The notes beneath the pieces were generated by a model. The model did not search any database, was not told where the DNA came from, and was given only the letters and a program-made list of their open reading frames with translations. Position numbers and translations under genes: made by a program. DNA of 64,000 nt from Nitrospirota bacterium (GTDB lineage: Bacteria > Nitrospirota > Nitrospiria > JACRHA01), in the NCBI GenBank assembly GCA_016234185.1, contig JACRHA010000056.1:5553-69552 (forward strand), written 5' to 3'. Shown here one piece after another: positions 42,281 through 50,430 of the stretch; position 1 is the first letter of the stretch; every line of letters starts with the position of its first letter.

Positions 42281-42353
42281 TTAGTTAAGATTATTTTTAT
42301 TTCGCCATAACATTCTTGACATTGGCATAACATTCATAACCTGGTAATTACAT

Positions 42354-42382
42354 AGATCGGAATAGATCGATTAAAACTTTAG
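42354..42382 (-). promoter_or_regulatory. Sigma-28-like promoter for the NIT-MCP gene
   Basis: CTAAAGTTT..., TAAA-N16-TCCGATCT. Confidence 0.55.
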
Positions 42383-42400
42383 TGTTTTGTTATGAGGCTT

Positions 42401-44002
42401 TCAGGTCATTGCCGCAACAGGATATTTTTTTCTGCTGCCTTCATTTGTCATCCTCTCTATAAATGCCGATAATGGGATCGGCCTGCTCATGTAATACCCC
42501 TGGGCTAAGTCACAGTCAAGCAAGACGAGTTTATCATATGTCTCTTTATCCTCCACGCCCTCGGCCACCACCTTCAAGCCCAGACTATGGCCAAGCTCTA
42601 TGACGGAGCGGACTATCTTTAAGTTATTATCATCCTTCATCATATTAATGACAAAGGATTTATCTATCTTTATCTCATCCACAGGGAGCCTTTTCAGATA
42701 ACCAAGTGAGGAGTAGCCGGTGCCGAAGTCATCGATAGAAAACCTGATACCCATGGATGTAAGATCGGTGATGATCTCCATGGCAAGCTTCGGGTCAGAC
42801 ATGATAATAGATTCAGTGATCTCAAACCTGACAGCGCCTGCTGTTATGCCCCAGGTCATGAGAAGCTTTTTTATCTGATCTAAAAGCTGAGGGTTATGGA
42901 GGCTCTTTACGGAGAGGTTTATTGCTACAGAGACCTCAATGCCTGACTTAAGCCAGCCCCTTGACTTGCTTAGCACATCTTTTAACACCCATAGTGTAAG
43001 CTCCTTAATTAATCCTCCCCTCTCTGCAAGAGAGATGAAGTCATTGGGAGGTATGACGCCTGATTTCGGATGCTGCCAGCGGACAAGGGCCTCAACGCCG
43101 ATGGTCTTGCCTGTCTTCAGGTCTATCTTCGGCTGATACAGGAGGAACAACTGGTCTTGTTCTATGGCATGGCGGAGCTCACCCATCAGGGCAAGGCGGG
43201 CGGGAGAATATTGGTCAAATTCGCTGGAGTAGACACAGACCCCGCTTTCTGTCCTCTTGGCCGCATACATCGCCATCTCTCCCCTTCTGATCAGGGTGTG
43301 CACATCCTCACCATGACCGGGGAAGAACGCGATCCCGATGCTTGATGAGACCTCAACCAGGAGATCCGCTACAGGAAAAGGTCTTTTTATCTCCCCTATT
43401 ATCCTTTCTGCCCCTATCTTGGCAGTATCTGTATCTGCCCCCTGAATCAGGACTGCGAACTCATCACCGCCTAAGCGCGCCACGGTGTGAGGATGCAAGA
43501 AGATCCCTTTTAGGCGGACTGCGACGCCCTGTAATATCAGGTCGCCATTATTATGGCCCAGGGTATTATTAATCTCCTCGAAGCGGTCCAGGTTTATCAC
43601 GATGAGGGCAAAGGATCTATTATCCATCCGCGCCCTGGTTATGGCACGGTCTATATCGTCATGCAGGGAAAGGCGGTTTGGGAGGTCCGTAAGAAGATCA
43701 TTGTAGGCAAGGTGATGGATCAGCGCATCCGACTGCCTCCTTCCAGTAATATCATTCGCCATTATTCTTCTCTGTCTGTCTATTGCGCCCTGGGCCCAGA
43801 ATCCAAAAATAGTAGTAATAGACATAATAACCAGGCGCATCCAGGCGTCCATTGTATCCAAGACAAATATCTGCCCTGAAAAAGTATTCTCATGAAATAT
43901 AAAGGCATCTACTGCAGAATCAAGCACCCAGAAGGAGATCCCAAGACCAACACCCAGCAGCCCATATTTTTTAGATATAATAAGGTTTAGTTTTTTTACC
44001 AT
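42401..44002 (-). CDS. Membrane-anchored GGDEF-EAL protein, probably a phosphodiesterase
   Basis: Two TM helices, RLGGDEF, EALVRW, DDFGTGYSS; GGAGG RBS before ATG 44002. Confidence 0.92.
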   Translation of the reverse strand: MVKKLNLIISKKYGLLGVGLGISFWVLDSAVDAFIFHENTFSGQIFVLDTMDAWMRLVIMSITTIFGFWAQGAIDRQRRIMANDITGRRQSDALIHHLAYNDLLTDLPNRLSLHDDIDRAITRARMDNRSFALIVINLDRFEEINNTLGHNNGDLILQGVAVRLKGIFLHPHTVARLGGDEFAVLIQGADTDTAKIGAERIIGEIKRPFPVADLLVEVSSSIGIAFFPGHGEDVHTLIRRGEMAMYAAKRTESGVCVYSSEFDQYSPARLALMGELRHAIEQDQLFLLYQPKIDLKTGKTIGVEALVRWQHPKSGVIPPNDFISLAERGGLIKELTLWVLKDVLSKSRGWLKSGIEVSVAINLSVKSLHNPQLLDQIKKLLMTWGITAGAVRFEITESIIMSDPKLAMEIITDLTSMGIRFSIDDFGTGYSSLGYLKRLPVDEIKIDKSFVINMMKDDNNLKIVRSVIELGHSLGLKVVAEGVEDKETYDKLVLLDCDLAQGYYMSRPIPLSAFIERMTNEGSRKKYPVAAMT

Positions 44003-44079
44003 CCACCCCACCTCCTTAAAGCAGGCCCACATATCGATCTTATACAATAAGTATATCAATTATTTGCAAACACACCAAC

Positions 44080-44913
44080 TTATGGCTGCATAGGAATGGT
44101 GTTCTTCTTATAACAAACACCCTTCTCCGTCTCAATACGGGTGAATTTGCCGGTAATACCGAAGGGAGTCTCGGCCCCGCCCAGAAAAAACACACCTCCG
44201 GAGGATAGGATATCGGCAAACTGTTCCATAATCCTGACCTTTGTATCTGCATCAAAATAGATAAGGACGTTTCGGCAAAAGATAACATCAAATATCCCGA
44301 GGTGTGAAAAGCCGGACAACAGATTTAATCGCCGGAATTCTACCAGCCTCTTTACCTCCTGTTTTATCTCCCATTCTGTCTTGCGCTGATTAAAAAAACG
44401 GGTCAGGTATGTAACAGGCAGGCCGCGCTGAACCTCATACTGTGAATAAATACCTGCCTTAGCCCGCGCAAGCGCCCCATCTGCAATATCTGTTGCAAGG
44501 ATGCCAATGTCCCATTGCCGAAGTGCAGGACCCATCTCGCAAAGCAACATAGAAATGGTATATGGCTCCTGACCTGTTGAACAACCTGCTGTCCAGATCC
44601 TGATCCTGCGGCCCTTTTCATTGGCCTTTAACAGATCTGGAATGACAACGCCTTTCAGGAGTTCAAAGGGTTTTACATCCCTGAAGAAGGAGGTCTCATT
44701 GGTCATCATGGCGTCTATAACCTTCTGGCGGAGAGGCTGAGATGGATGCTGTTTCATGTGCCGGCCAAGGTCATTGATCGATGGAAAACCTTCCTGTCTT
44801 GCTATCGGATCCAATCTGGTCTCAATCAGATAGGTCTTGGAATCATCCAGCGCCAACCCACTCTCCTTATGAAGGAGGGAGAATAAAAAGTTGAGTGTTT
44901 CTTGAGTTACCAT
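44080..44913 (-). CDS. cheR: Chemotaxis methyltransferase
   Basis: TNETSFFRD, AGCSTGQEPY, FCRNVLIYF. Confidence 0.96.
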   Translation of the reverse strand: MVTQETLNFLFSLLHKESGLALDDSKTYLIETRLDPIARQEGFPSINDLGRHMKQHPSQPLRQKVIDAMMTNETSFFRDVKPFELLKGVVIPDLLKANEKGRRIRIWTAGCSTGQEPYTISMLLCEMGPALRQWDIGILATDIADGALARAKAGIYSQYEVQRGLPVTYLTRFFNQRKTEWEIKQEVKRLVEFRRLNLLSGFSHLGIFDVIFCRNVLIYFDADTKVRIMEQFADILSSGGVFFLGGAETPFGITGKFTRIETEKGVCYKKNTIPMQP

Positions 44914-44940
44914 AGCCGATTTACACCTAAATAAAAGCCA

Positions 44941-45005
44941 AGGTTGAGGTTAAGGCTAAGGTTAAGGTTTCAGGTTTTCTCAGCCTCAACCTAAACCTTA
45001 ACCTG
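44941..45005. repeat. AGGTT(A/G) hexamer array with inverted arm, overlapping the cheB stop
   Basis: aggttgaggttaaggctaaggttaagg...agcctcaacctaaaccttaacctg; same family at 14570-14618. Confidence 0.85.
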
Positions 45006-46064
45006 TTTTCTTGATACGCAGTCATCTATGGCGCTGCTTATCTGATCCAACGGTAATACACAATCCGCAAACCCGCCATTGATTACAGCCGACGGCATCC
45101 CCCAGACCACGCTACTGGCCTGGTCTTGTGCAAAAACCAGGGCACCCTGTTTCTTCATATCCATTACACCCTTATAACCGTCCTGTCCCATCCCTGTCAT
45201 GATGATCCCCAGGGCATTGGGTCCATAGACCTTTGCTACAGAACGGAAGAGTGCATCTACTGCCGGACGGCAGAAGTTCTCCGGGGGTCCCTGGTTTAAG
45301 GAGATCACAGCGCCATCCCCCCTATGCTGCAAGGTCATATGAAAATCTCCAGGGGCAATATAGACCACTCCAGGCTCTGGCTCCACCCCCTCATGCCCTT
45401 CAATAACCCTAAGGTCAGAGATAGTGTTGAGACGCTCTGCAAGGAGCTTTGTAAAGATTGGCGGCATGTGCTGAACTATCATAATAGGAACAGGGAATCC
45501 CTTCGGTAATACCGGAATTAGCCTTGATAAGGCCTCAGGGCCTCCTGTGGATATGCCAATGGCCACAACCCTGGGAACAGAGAGGACAGGGTGCAGGGGG
45601 TAGGGGGTATACCCTGTACCCTGTACCCTGTACCCTACCCCCTGACTAAATTGTTTGATCTTCGGGATCAACTCCGATGCAACACCTTTAAGGATATCTT
45701 TATATCCCTGATGGGTAATGCATGCAGGTTTGGCAATATAGTCATTGGCCCCAAGTGATAGCGCCTCGATAGTCTGTACAGCTCCGCGCTGAGTAAGGGA
45801 GCTGAACATGATCGTCCTGATCTTCGGGCAATTGGCCCGGAGTACGCGGAGCACACCGAATCCATCCATTTCCGGCATCTCGATGTCAAGGATAATAACA
45901 TCCGGGTTTAATTGACTGATACGCTGAATGGCAATAATACCGTTAGATGCGGTTCCAACAACTGCAATCTCAGGGTCTGATGAGAGGGCATCAGAGACTG
46001 CCCGCCTGACTACGGCAGAATCATCAACAATCAGGACTCGGATTGGTTCATTAATTGCAGCCAT
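44991..46064 (-). CDS. cheB: Chemotaxis methylesterase (REC + CheB)
   Basis: GISTGGP, VQHMP, MTGMGQDG. Confidence 0.96.
   Translation of the reverse strand: MAAINEPIRVLIVDDSAVVRRAVSDALSSDPEIAVVGTASNGIIAIQRISQLNPDVIILDIEMPEMDGFGVLRVLRANCPKIRTIMFSSLTQRGAVQTIEALSLGANDYIAKPACITHQGYKDILKGVASELIPKIKQFSQGVGYRVQGTGYTPYPLHPVLSVPRVVAIGISTGGPEALSRLIPVLPKGFPVPIMIVQHMPPIFTKLLAERLNTISDLRVIEGHEGVEPEPGVVYIAPGDFHMTLQHRGDGAVISLNQGPPENFCRPAVDALFRSVAKVYGPNALGIIMTGMGQDGYKGVMDMKKQGALVFAQDQASSVVWGMPSAVINGGFADCVLPLDQISSAIDDCVSRKQVKV
45587..45644. repeat. AGGGT(A/G)C heptamer hairpin inside the cheB linker
   Basis: cagggtgcagggggtagggggtat / accctgtaccctgtaccctgtaccctaccccctg; translated as QGVGYRVQGTGYTPYPLHP. Confidence 0.8.
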
Positions 46065-46431
46065 TTGTGATCCCGAGTATGGACAGCTTTTCTATTAGGA
46101 TCTCCCTTGTGAAAGGTTTCATTATGTATTCATTTGCCCCCTTGGCCAGGGCCTGGACGATCTTTTCCATCTGGTTCTCTGTTGTTACCATTATGATAGT
46201 GGGCCTCTTTACCGGGTCCCATCTCAATTTAATCGCGTCCAATAATTCAACACCATTCATCTCGGGCATATTCCAGTCTAACATCATTAGTCCGATATCA
46301 GGGTGGGCCTCCAATTGTTTCAGTGCGTCTTTTCCGTGAATCGCCTCCAGCGGCTCATGGCCCAGATCAGAAATCATCTTTCTCATAAGCCTTCTGACCA
46401 ACCCTGAGTCATCAACAATCAATACCTTCAT
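46051..46431 (-). CDS. cheY: CheY-like response regulator
   Basis: VDDS, LDWNMPEMNG, MVTTE, KPFT. Confidence 0.93.
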   Translation of the reverse strand: MKVLIVDDSGLVRRLMRKMISDLGHEPLEAIHGKDALKQLEAHPDIGLMMLDWNMPEMNGVELLDAIKLRWDPVKRPTIIMVTTENQMEKIVQALAKGANEYIMKPFTREILIEKLSILGITNGCN

Positions 46432-46498
46432 ATCAAACCCCTATTTCAAAAAAGATGTTCAAGTGAGTAGCAGAGAAAGATCCCCCTTATGAAATGAC

Positions 46499-48139
46499 TT
46501 AAGCAGCTCTTCTCTGAGAAACCTCATACAGACCCTCCCTTTGCTTGAATGACTTATCGTTGTTATCAGAGTTGATCTTAAACTTGCCCACCACCTCCAT
46601 TAACTCCAAGCCCATTTTGGCAAGGATCTGAGAGGCCGACATGACATTAGCCGCCCCTTCAGCCGTGCCCTTGGAGGCTGTTGCCACCCCGGCAATGCTC
46701 TGAACCACTTCACCTGTGCCTTTGGCTGCCTCCGTCATATTCCGGCTTATCTCATTGGTGGTCACCGCCTGCTCTTCGACTGCCCCTGCGATAGTCATTG
46801 AAATCTCGTTGATCTTGGTAATAATCTGCCCGATCTCCCCGATAGCCGAGACGGCCCCCCTGGTATCTGTCTGGATCGCCTCGATCTTCCGGCTGATCTC
46901 TTCTGTGGCCTTGGCTGTTTCTTTGGCCAGATCCTTTACCTCATTAGCCACCACGGCGAATCCCTTTCCTGCCTCTCCTGCCCTGGCCGCCTCAATGGTT
47001 GCATTGAGGGCAAGGAGGTTTGTCTGCTGGGCAATTGATGTAATAACCTTGATTACCTTCCCGATCTCAGCGCTCGATTCACCAAGCTTTGAGATAATGG
47101 CATTAGTCGATTGCGCAGCCGACACCGCCTGGGTAGTAACACTTGTCGCCTCCTGGACATTTTTCGATATCTCCTTGATTGTAGCCGTCATCTCCTCTGC
47201 CGCAGTGGCAACTGTCTGGACATTCCTGTTTGTCTGCTCGCCTGCGGCTGAGACTGAAGTTACCTGGCGGTTTGTCTCCTCTATGTTAGCTTCGACATGT
47301 TTACTGAATGCAGCCAGCTCTTCAGATGTTGTAGAGATCTGGCTCGAACCATGTTGAATACCGGAGATCATTTCGCGTAGCCCCGCGACCATAGCGGAGA
47401 AGGACCGGCTTAGCGCCCCGATCTCATCATTACCTCCGGCCTTCACCTCAATAGTAAGATCGCCGGCAGCAATCCTTTCAGCGACCGAGGCCAGGTTGCG
47501 CAGCGGGTGAACGATAGCCCTTCCCAAAAGGACCACCAGCGCCGTCCCGAGCAGGATTATTCCGATAGTGATCCAGAGGGTGATACCCTTGAAACTTTTT
47601 GCCAGCCGGCCCAGTCCCTCAATTCCGGTCTTAAAGGTATTGTCCTTACCCTTGGTATATTCATCGAGGCGCTGCCTGAGTTCAGTGGCTGTATTGCTGA
47701 ATTTTCCCGTTTCTTGTTCTGCCATGCCGATATTTTTTCTGGCCATAAGTGTGGCCGCGATCTTCTGACCCAGGTCAAAATATGTTTTATAAAGGGCTTC
47801 AATCTCGGCAAGCTGTTTACTATCCTCCCCTGACAACTTCTTTAGCCGCTCCAGCGCGGCCATAAATCCTGTTCCTATCTCTTTGGCTTTTTCAAGTTTC
47901 ATCTGATCATTAAAACTGATCGCCTCTGTAAACAGCTCGGATATCCTTTTTAAATCTTCTTCCAGCACTACGCCTTCTTTGTATGGGAGGTAAGCCTTCT
48001 CCTGGAGCTGAACTGCAAGAGAGAGCATCCGGACACCCCCTGAATAACTGTAAACGGCCAGCATCAGGAAGACGATCAACATTAAGACATAACTGCCGAT
48101 GATCTTGTGTTGGATTCTTAAGGAATTTATGTTAAGCAT
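46499..48139 (-). CDS. Methyl-accepting chemotaxis protein with helical periplasmic sensor
   Basis: Two TM helices, HAMP, conserved signalling tip. Confidence 0.95.
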   Translation of the reverse strand: MLNINSLRIQHKIIGSYVLMLIVFLMLAVYSYSGGVRMLSLAVQLQEKAYLPYKEGVVLEEDLKRISELFTEAISFNDQMKLEKAKEIGTGFMAALERLKKLSGEDSKQLAEIEALYKTYFDLGQKIAATLMARKNIGMAEQETGKFSNTATELRQRLDEYTKGKDNTFKTGIEGLGRLAKSFKGITLWITIGIILLGTALVVLLGRAIVHPLRNLASVAERIAAGDLTIEVKAGGNDEIGALSRSFSAMVAGLREMISGIQHGSSQISTTSEELAAFSKHVEANIEETNRQVTSVSAAGEQTNRNVQTVATAAEEMTATIKEISKNVQEATSVTTQAVSAAQSTNAIISKLGESSAEIGKVIKVITSIAQQTNLLALNATIEAARAGEAGKGFAVVANEVKDLAKETAKATEEISRKIEAIQTDTRGAVSAIGEIGQIITKINEISMTIAGAVEEQAVTTNEISRNMTEAAKGTGEVVQSIAGVATASKGTAEGAANVMSASQILAKMGLELMEVVGKFKINSDNNDKSFKQREGLYEVSQRRAA

Positions 48140-48160
48140 TTCCCTACCCCCATTATATTT

Positions 48161-48595
48161 TTAGTCCCCTACCTCTATCGTTAACAGCACCTTAATTTCG
48201 TTATCTTTAGGGTCCACTTCATCCTTCCATATATACCCGATCCATCCGGCCTCCTGCTTAACAGATTCCATCACTGCACCTGATGATTTCTTTTTCACCG
48301 GCGGTACCCCGCCATCCTGAAAAATCCTCTTAATCCAATATCCCTTGTAACGGTCAATGGTGGTTCCCAATGCCTTTTCAAGGAATTTCTTCTCGATCAT
48401 CGACCCCTCCTGGTCGATCGGCCGGATCTTAACGCCCCCCTCCACTGTCTTTTCCCCCCGGTATACATCTTTCAACACCGCTATAGCAATGCTGCCTGAT
48501 GGATAGGCCTTATTCGCAATAATTGCCAACTCCCTGGCCTGTGCATTTTCATACAGAAGGAGGCCGATGGCTATAATCAATATCTTGATTTTCAT
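48161..48595 (-). CDS. Small exported protein resembling a half substrate-binding domain (often labelled phosphate ABC SBP-like)
   Basis: Signal peptide, LAIIAN, YWIKRIF.DGGVPP, IGYI. Confidence 0.7.
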   Translation of the reverse strand: MKIKILIIAIGLLLYENAQARELAIIANKAYPSGSIAIAVLKDVYRGEKTVEGGVKIRPIDQEGSMIEKKFLEKALGTTIDRYKGYWIKRIFQDGGVPPVKKKSSGAVMESVKQEAGWIGYIWKDEVDPKDNEIKVLLTIEVGD

Positions 48596-48653
48596 TCATT
48601 TTCTCCTTATCTTCATCTTCTTAGATCAGACTCCGGCTTGCACCCGTTGATCC

Positions 48654-49751
48654 CTAAAACGCTATTGCCCATTGGAAACCATACTCATTCCACTTCCCAT
48701 CCGCGCGGTCAACATCACGCCATTCGGCCTTAAGGGAGCTCCTATAGCTGAGGTTGTAGCGGAGCCCTAGAGTGGTCTTCCTGACATCCGTGCTTCCAAG
48801 TGCAATGAAATAGGGATCTTTATCGCTTTTCACAGACATATTCTCATGCAAAAGGTAAGGTATCCACCTATCGGCAATAGTATAGGAAATCAGGCCATAA
48901 TATGCATTACTGGTATTGGATCCGGCAGATCCGATATTGTCTTTATCTTTAATGGAAAAGTATTCGCCCATCAGGTCTATATTTCCCGTGGAGTAGATGA
49001 TGCTTGCGCCGATAATAGTCTGGTCTACATCAACAGCACTGATACCATTCACCGGAACAAAAGAGCTGTCACTCTCTATCCTTGCAATATGACCCTGGGC
49101 GCCCAGCTTAAGGCCTTCGACCAATGGGGATGAAAGCGTTACATTAAAGGCCACAGACTTTCCCATGGTGTTATCCGTAACGTTATTGGGTGAGATAAGA
49201 TTCGACTCTTCATCCTCCGAGGTCACCCTCGGACCATTTCCGACCATTACGCCATATTCTGCGATCAAGGGATCTCTTCTCGTCCTTCCGGAGAGATAGA
49301 GACCAACGGTATGAACCGGGAGGATCCCTCCGTCGTCTTCAAACAATAGAAATTCCGGCCGGTTGATAGTTGTCTGGAGCTGGACCCCATGGTGAAATGA
49401 GGTGTTCCAGAATCCCATAGGCGTATGGAAACGGCCCATATTTATCTGAAGGGCATCGCTGAATGAGTACCTCAAGATCATCCTCTCCAGGTCAACTATG
49501 GAGCCCCCTTCTATAACGAGCTCTACCAGGGCATCGATCTTATCCATATTATGAGCGACATAGAGGTCGAGGGTCCCGACTGTGAAATTTCCGTTCCTTC
49601 CCCCCTCTTCCCCGATGGCCCCGCAATCATCGTTTGTGCATTTGGTAAACGAGGCATCGGCAAACCCATTGAACTCAAAGGCATTGCCGTCTATCACGCC
49701 AATAAGGCAATGGACCGCTATCCAGGATGCCAGTATGATTATTCGCTTCAT
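48654..49751 (-). CDS. Porin-like outer-membrane beta-barrel
   Basis: Signal peptide, GRFHTPMGFWN, GLRYNL...LKAEW, terminal QWAIAF. Confidence 0.75.
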   Translation of the reverse strand: MKRIIILASWIAVHCLIGVIDGNAFEFNGFADASFTKCTNDDCGAIGEEGGRNGNFTVGTLDLYVAHNMDKIDALVELVIEGGSIVDLERMILRYSFSDALQINMGRFHTPMGFWNTSFHHGVQLQTTINRPEFLLFEDDGGILPVHTVGLYLSGRTRRDPLIAEYGVMVGNGPRVTSEDEESNLISPNNVTDNTMGKSVAFNVTLSSPLVEGLKLGAQGHIARIESDSSFVPVNGISAVDVDQTIIGASIIYSTGNIDLMGEYFSIKDKDNIGSAGSNTSNAYYGLISYTIADRWIPYLLHENMSVKSDKDPYFIALGSTDVRKTTLGLRYNLSYRSSLKAEWRDVDRADGKWNEYGFQWAIAF

Positions 49752-49825
49752 GAAAATCACTCCTCCCTTTCTCTGAACCTAAATTGCTTTGTAATGGCCC
49801 CTTTTATTTCCACTCATGTTGGTCT

Positions 49826-50377
49826 TTATCCGGCAACCTGCACAATCGAATCGATATTAAGTGCCAGAAGCAGCCTCTCTTTGAGTTTATATACCCCATC
49901 TATAACCGATCCAAACTGCTCATCCAGTGTCTCAGGGGCAGACTCAAAAAGATCAGGGAGCACCTCGATGACATCCCCGATCTGATCCACCAGGAGATCC
50001 ACAGGCCCATCCATGGTCAAAACCACCAGACTCTTAGTCCAAAGACCCGGGGGGCGGGACGGGAACCCGAGCCTTGTCCTGAGGTCGATAGCTGTAACAA
50101 TATGCCCTCGAAGGTTGATAAGACCGGCAATTACCGGAGGCGCCAGCGGGACACGGGTCATATCCTGGACATTGAGAATTTCCTGTACCTTCTCTACCTC
50201 AACCCCGAGAAAATGATCATCCAGAAAGAACGTTGCATACTGACGGTTGTTTTCGTGGCGCCGGTCTGCCGTGGCAGACCGCTTTTCGAACCCACCAATA
50301 GGACCAAGGTCAGACTGACGTCGGTCTTCTCCCCTTGATATATGCTTTATCTGTTTGTCTGAGGATTGTAATGACAT
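49826..50377 (-). CDS. cheW: CheW with an Arg-rich N-terminal extension
   Basis: VQEIL, TRVPLAP, GLINLRGHIV. Confidence 0.95.
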   Translation of the reverse strand: MSLQSSDKQIKHISRGEDRRQSDLGPIGGFEKRSATADRRHENNRQYATFFLDDHFLGVEVEKVQEILNVQDMTRVPLAPPVIAGLINLRGHIVTAIDLRTRLGFPSRPPGLWTKSLVVLTMDGPVDLLVDQIGDVIEVLPDLFESAPETLDEQFGSVIDGVYKLKERLLLALNIDSIVQVAG

Positions 50378-50430
50378 AATCTGGCCGCCTCCTTAAATAT
50401 AGTCTTCGATCTTTTTCTAAACCCCCAACC

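Noticed and set aside
42304..42340. CATAACATTC direct repeat as an ANTAR or regulator site
   Set aside because: No dual hexaloop hairpins and no cognate regulator visible.
40260..47357. Long antisense ORFs opposite the MCPs, and similar shadow ORFs elsewhere
   Set aside because: Mirror frames of real genes.
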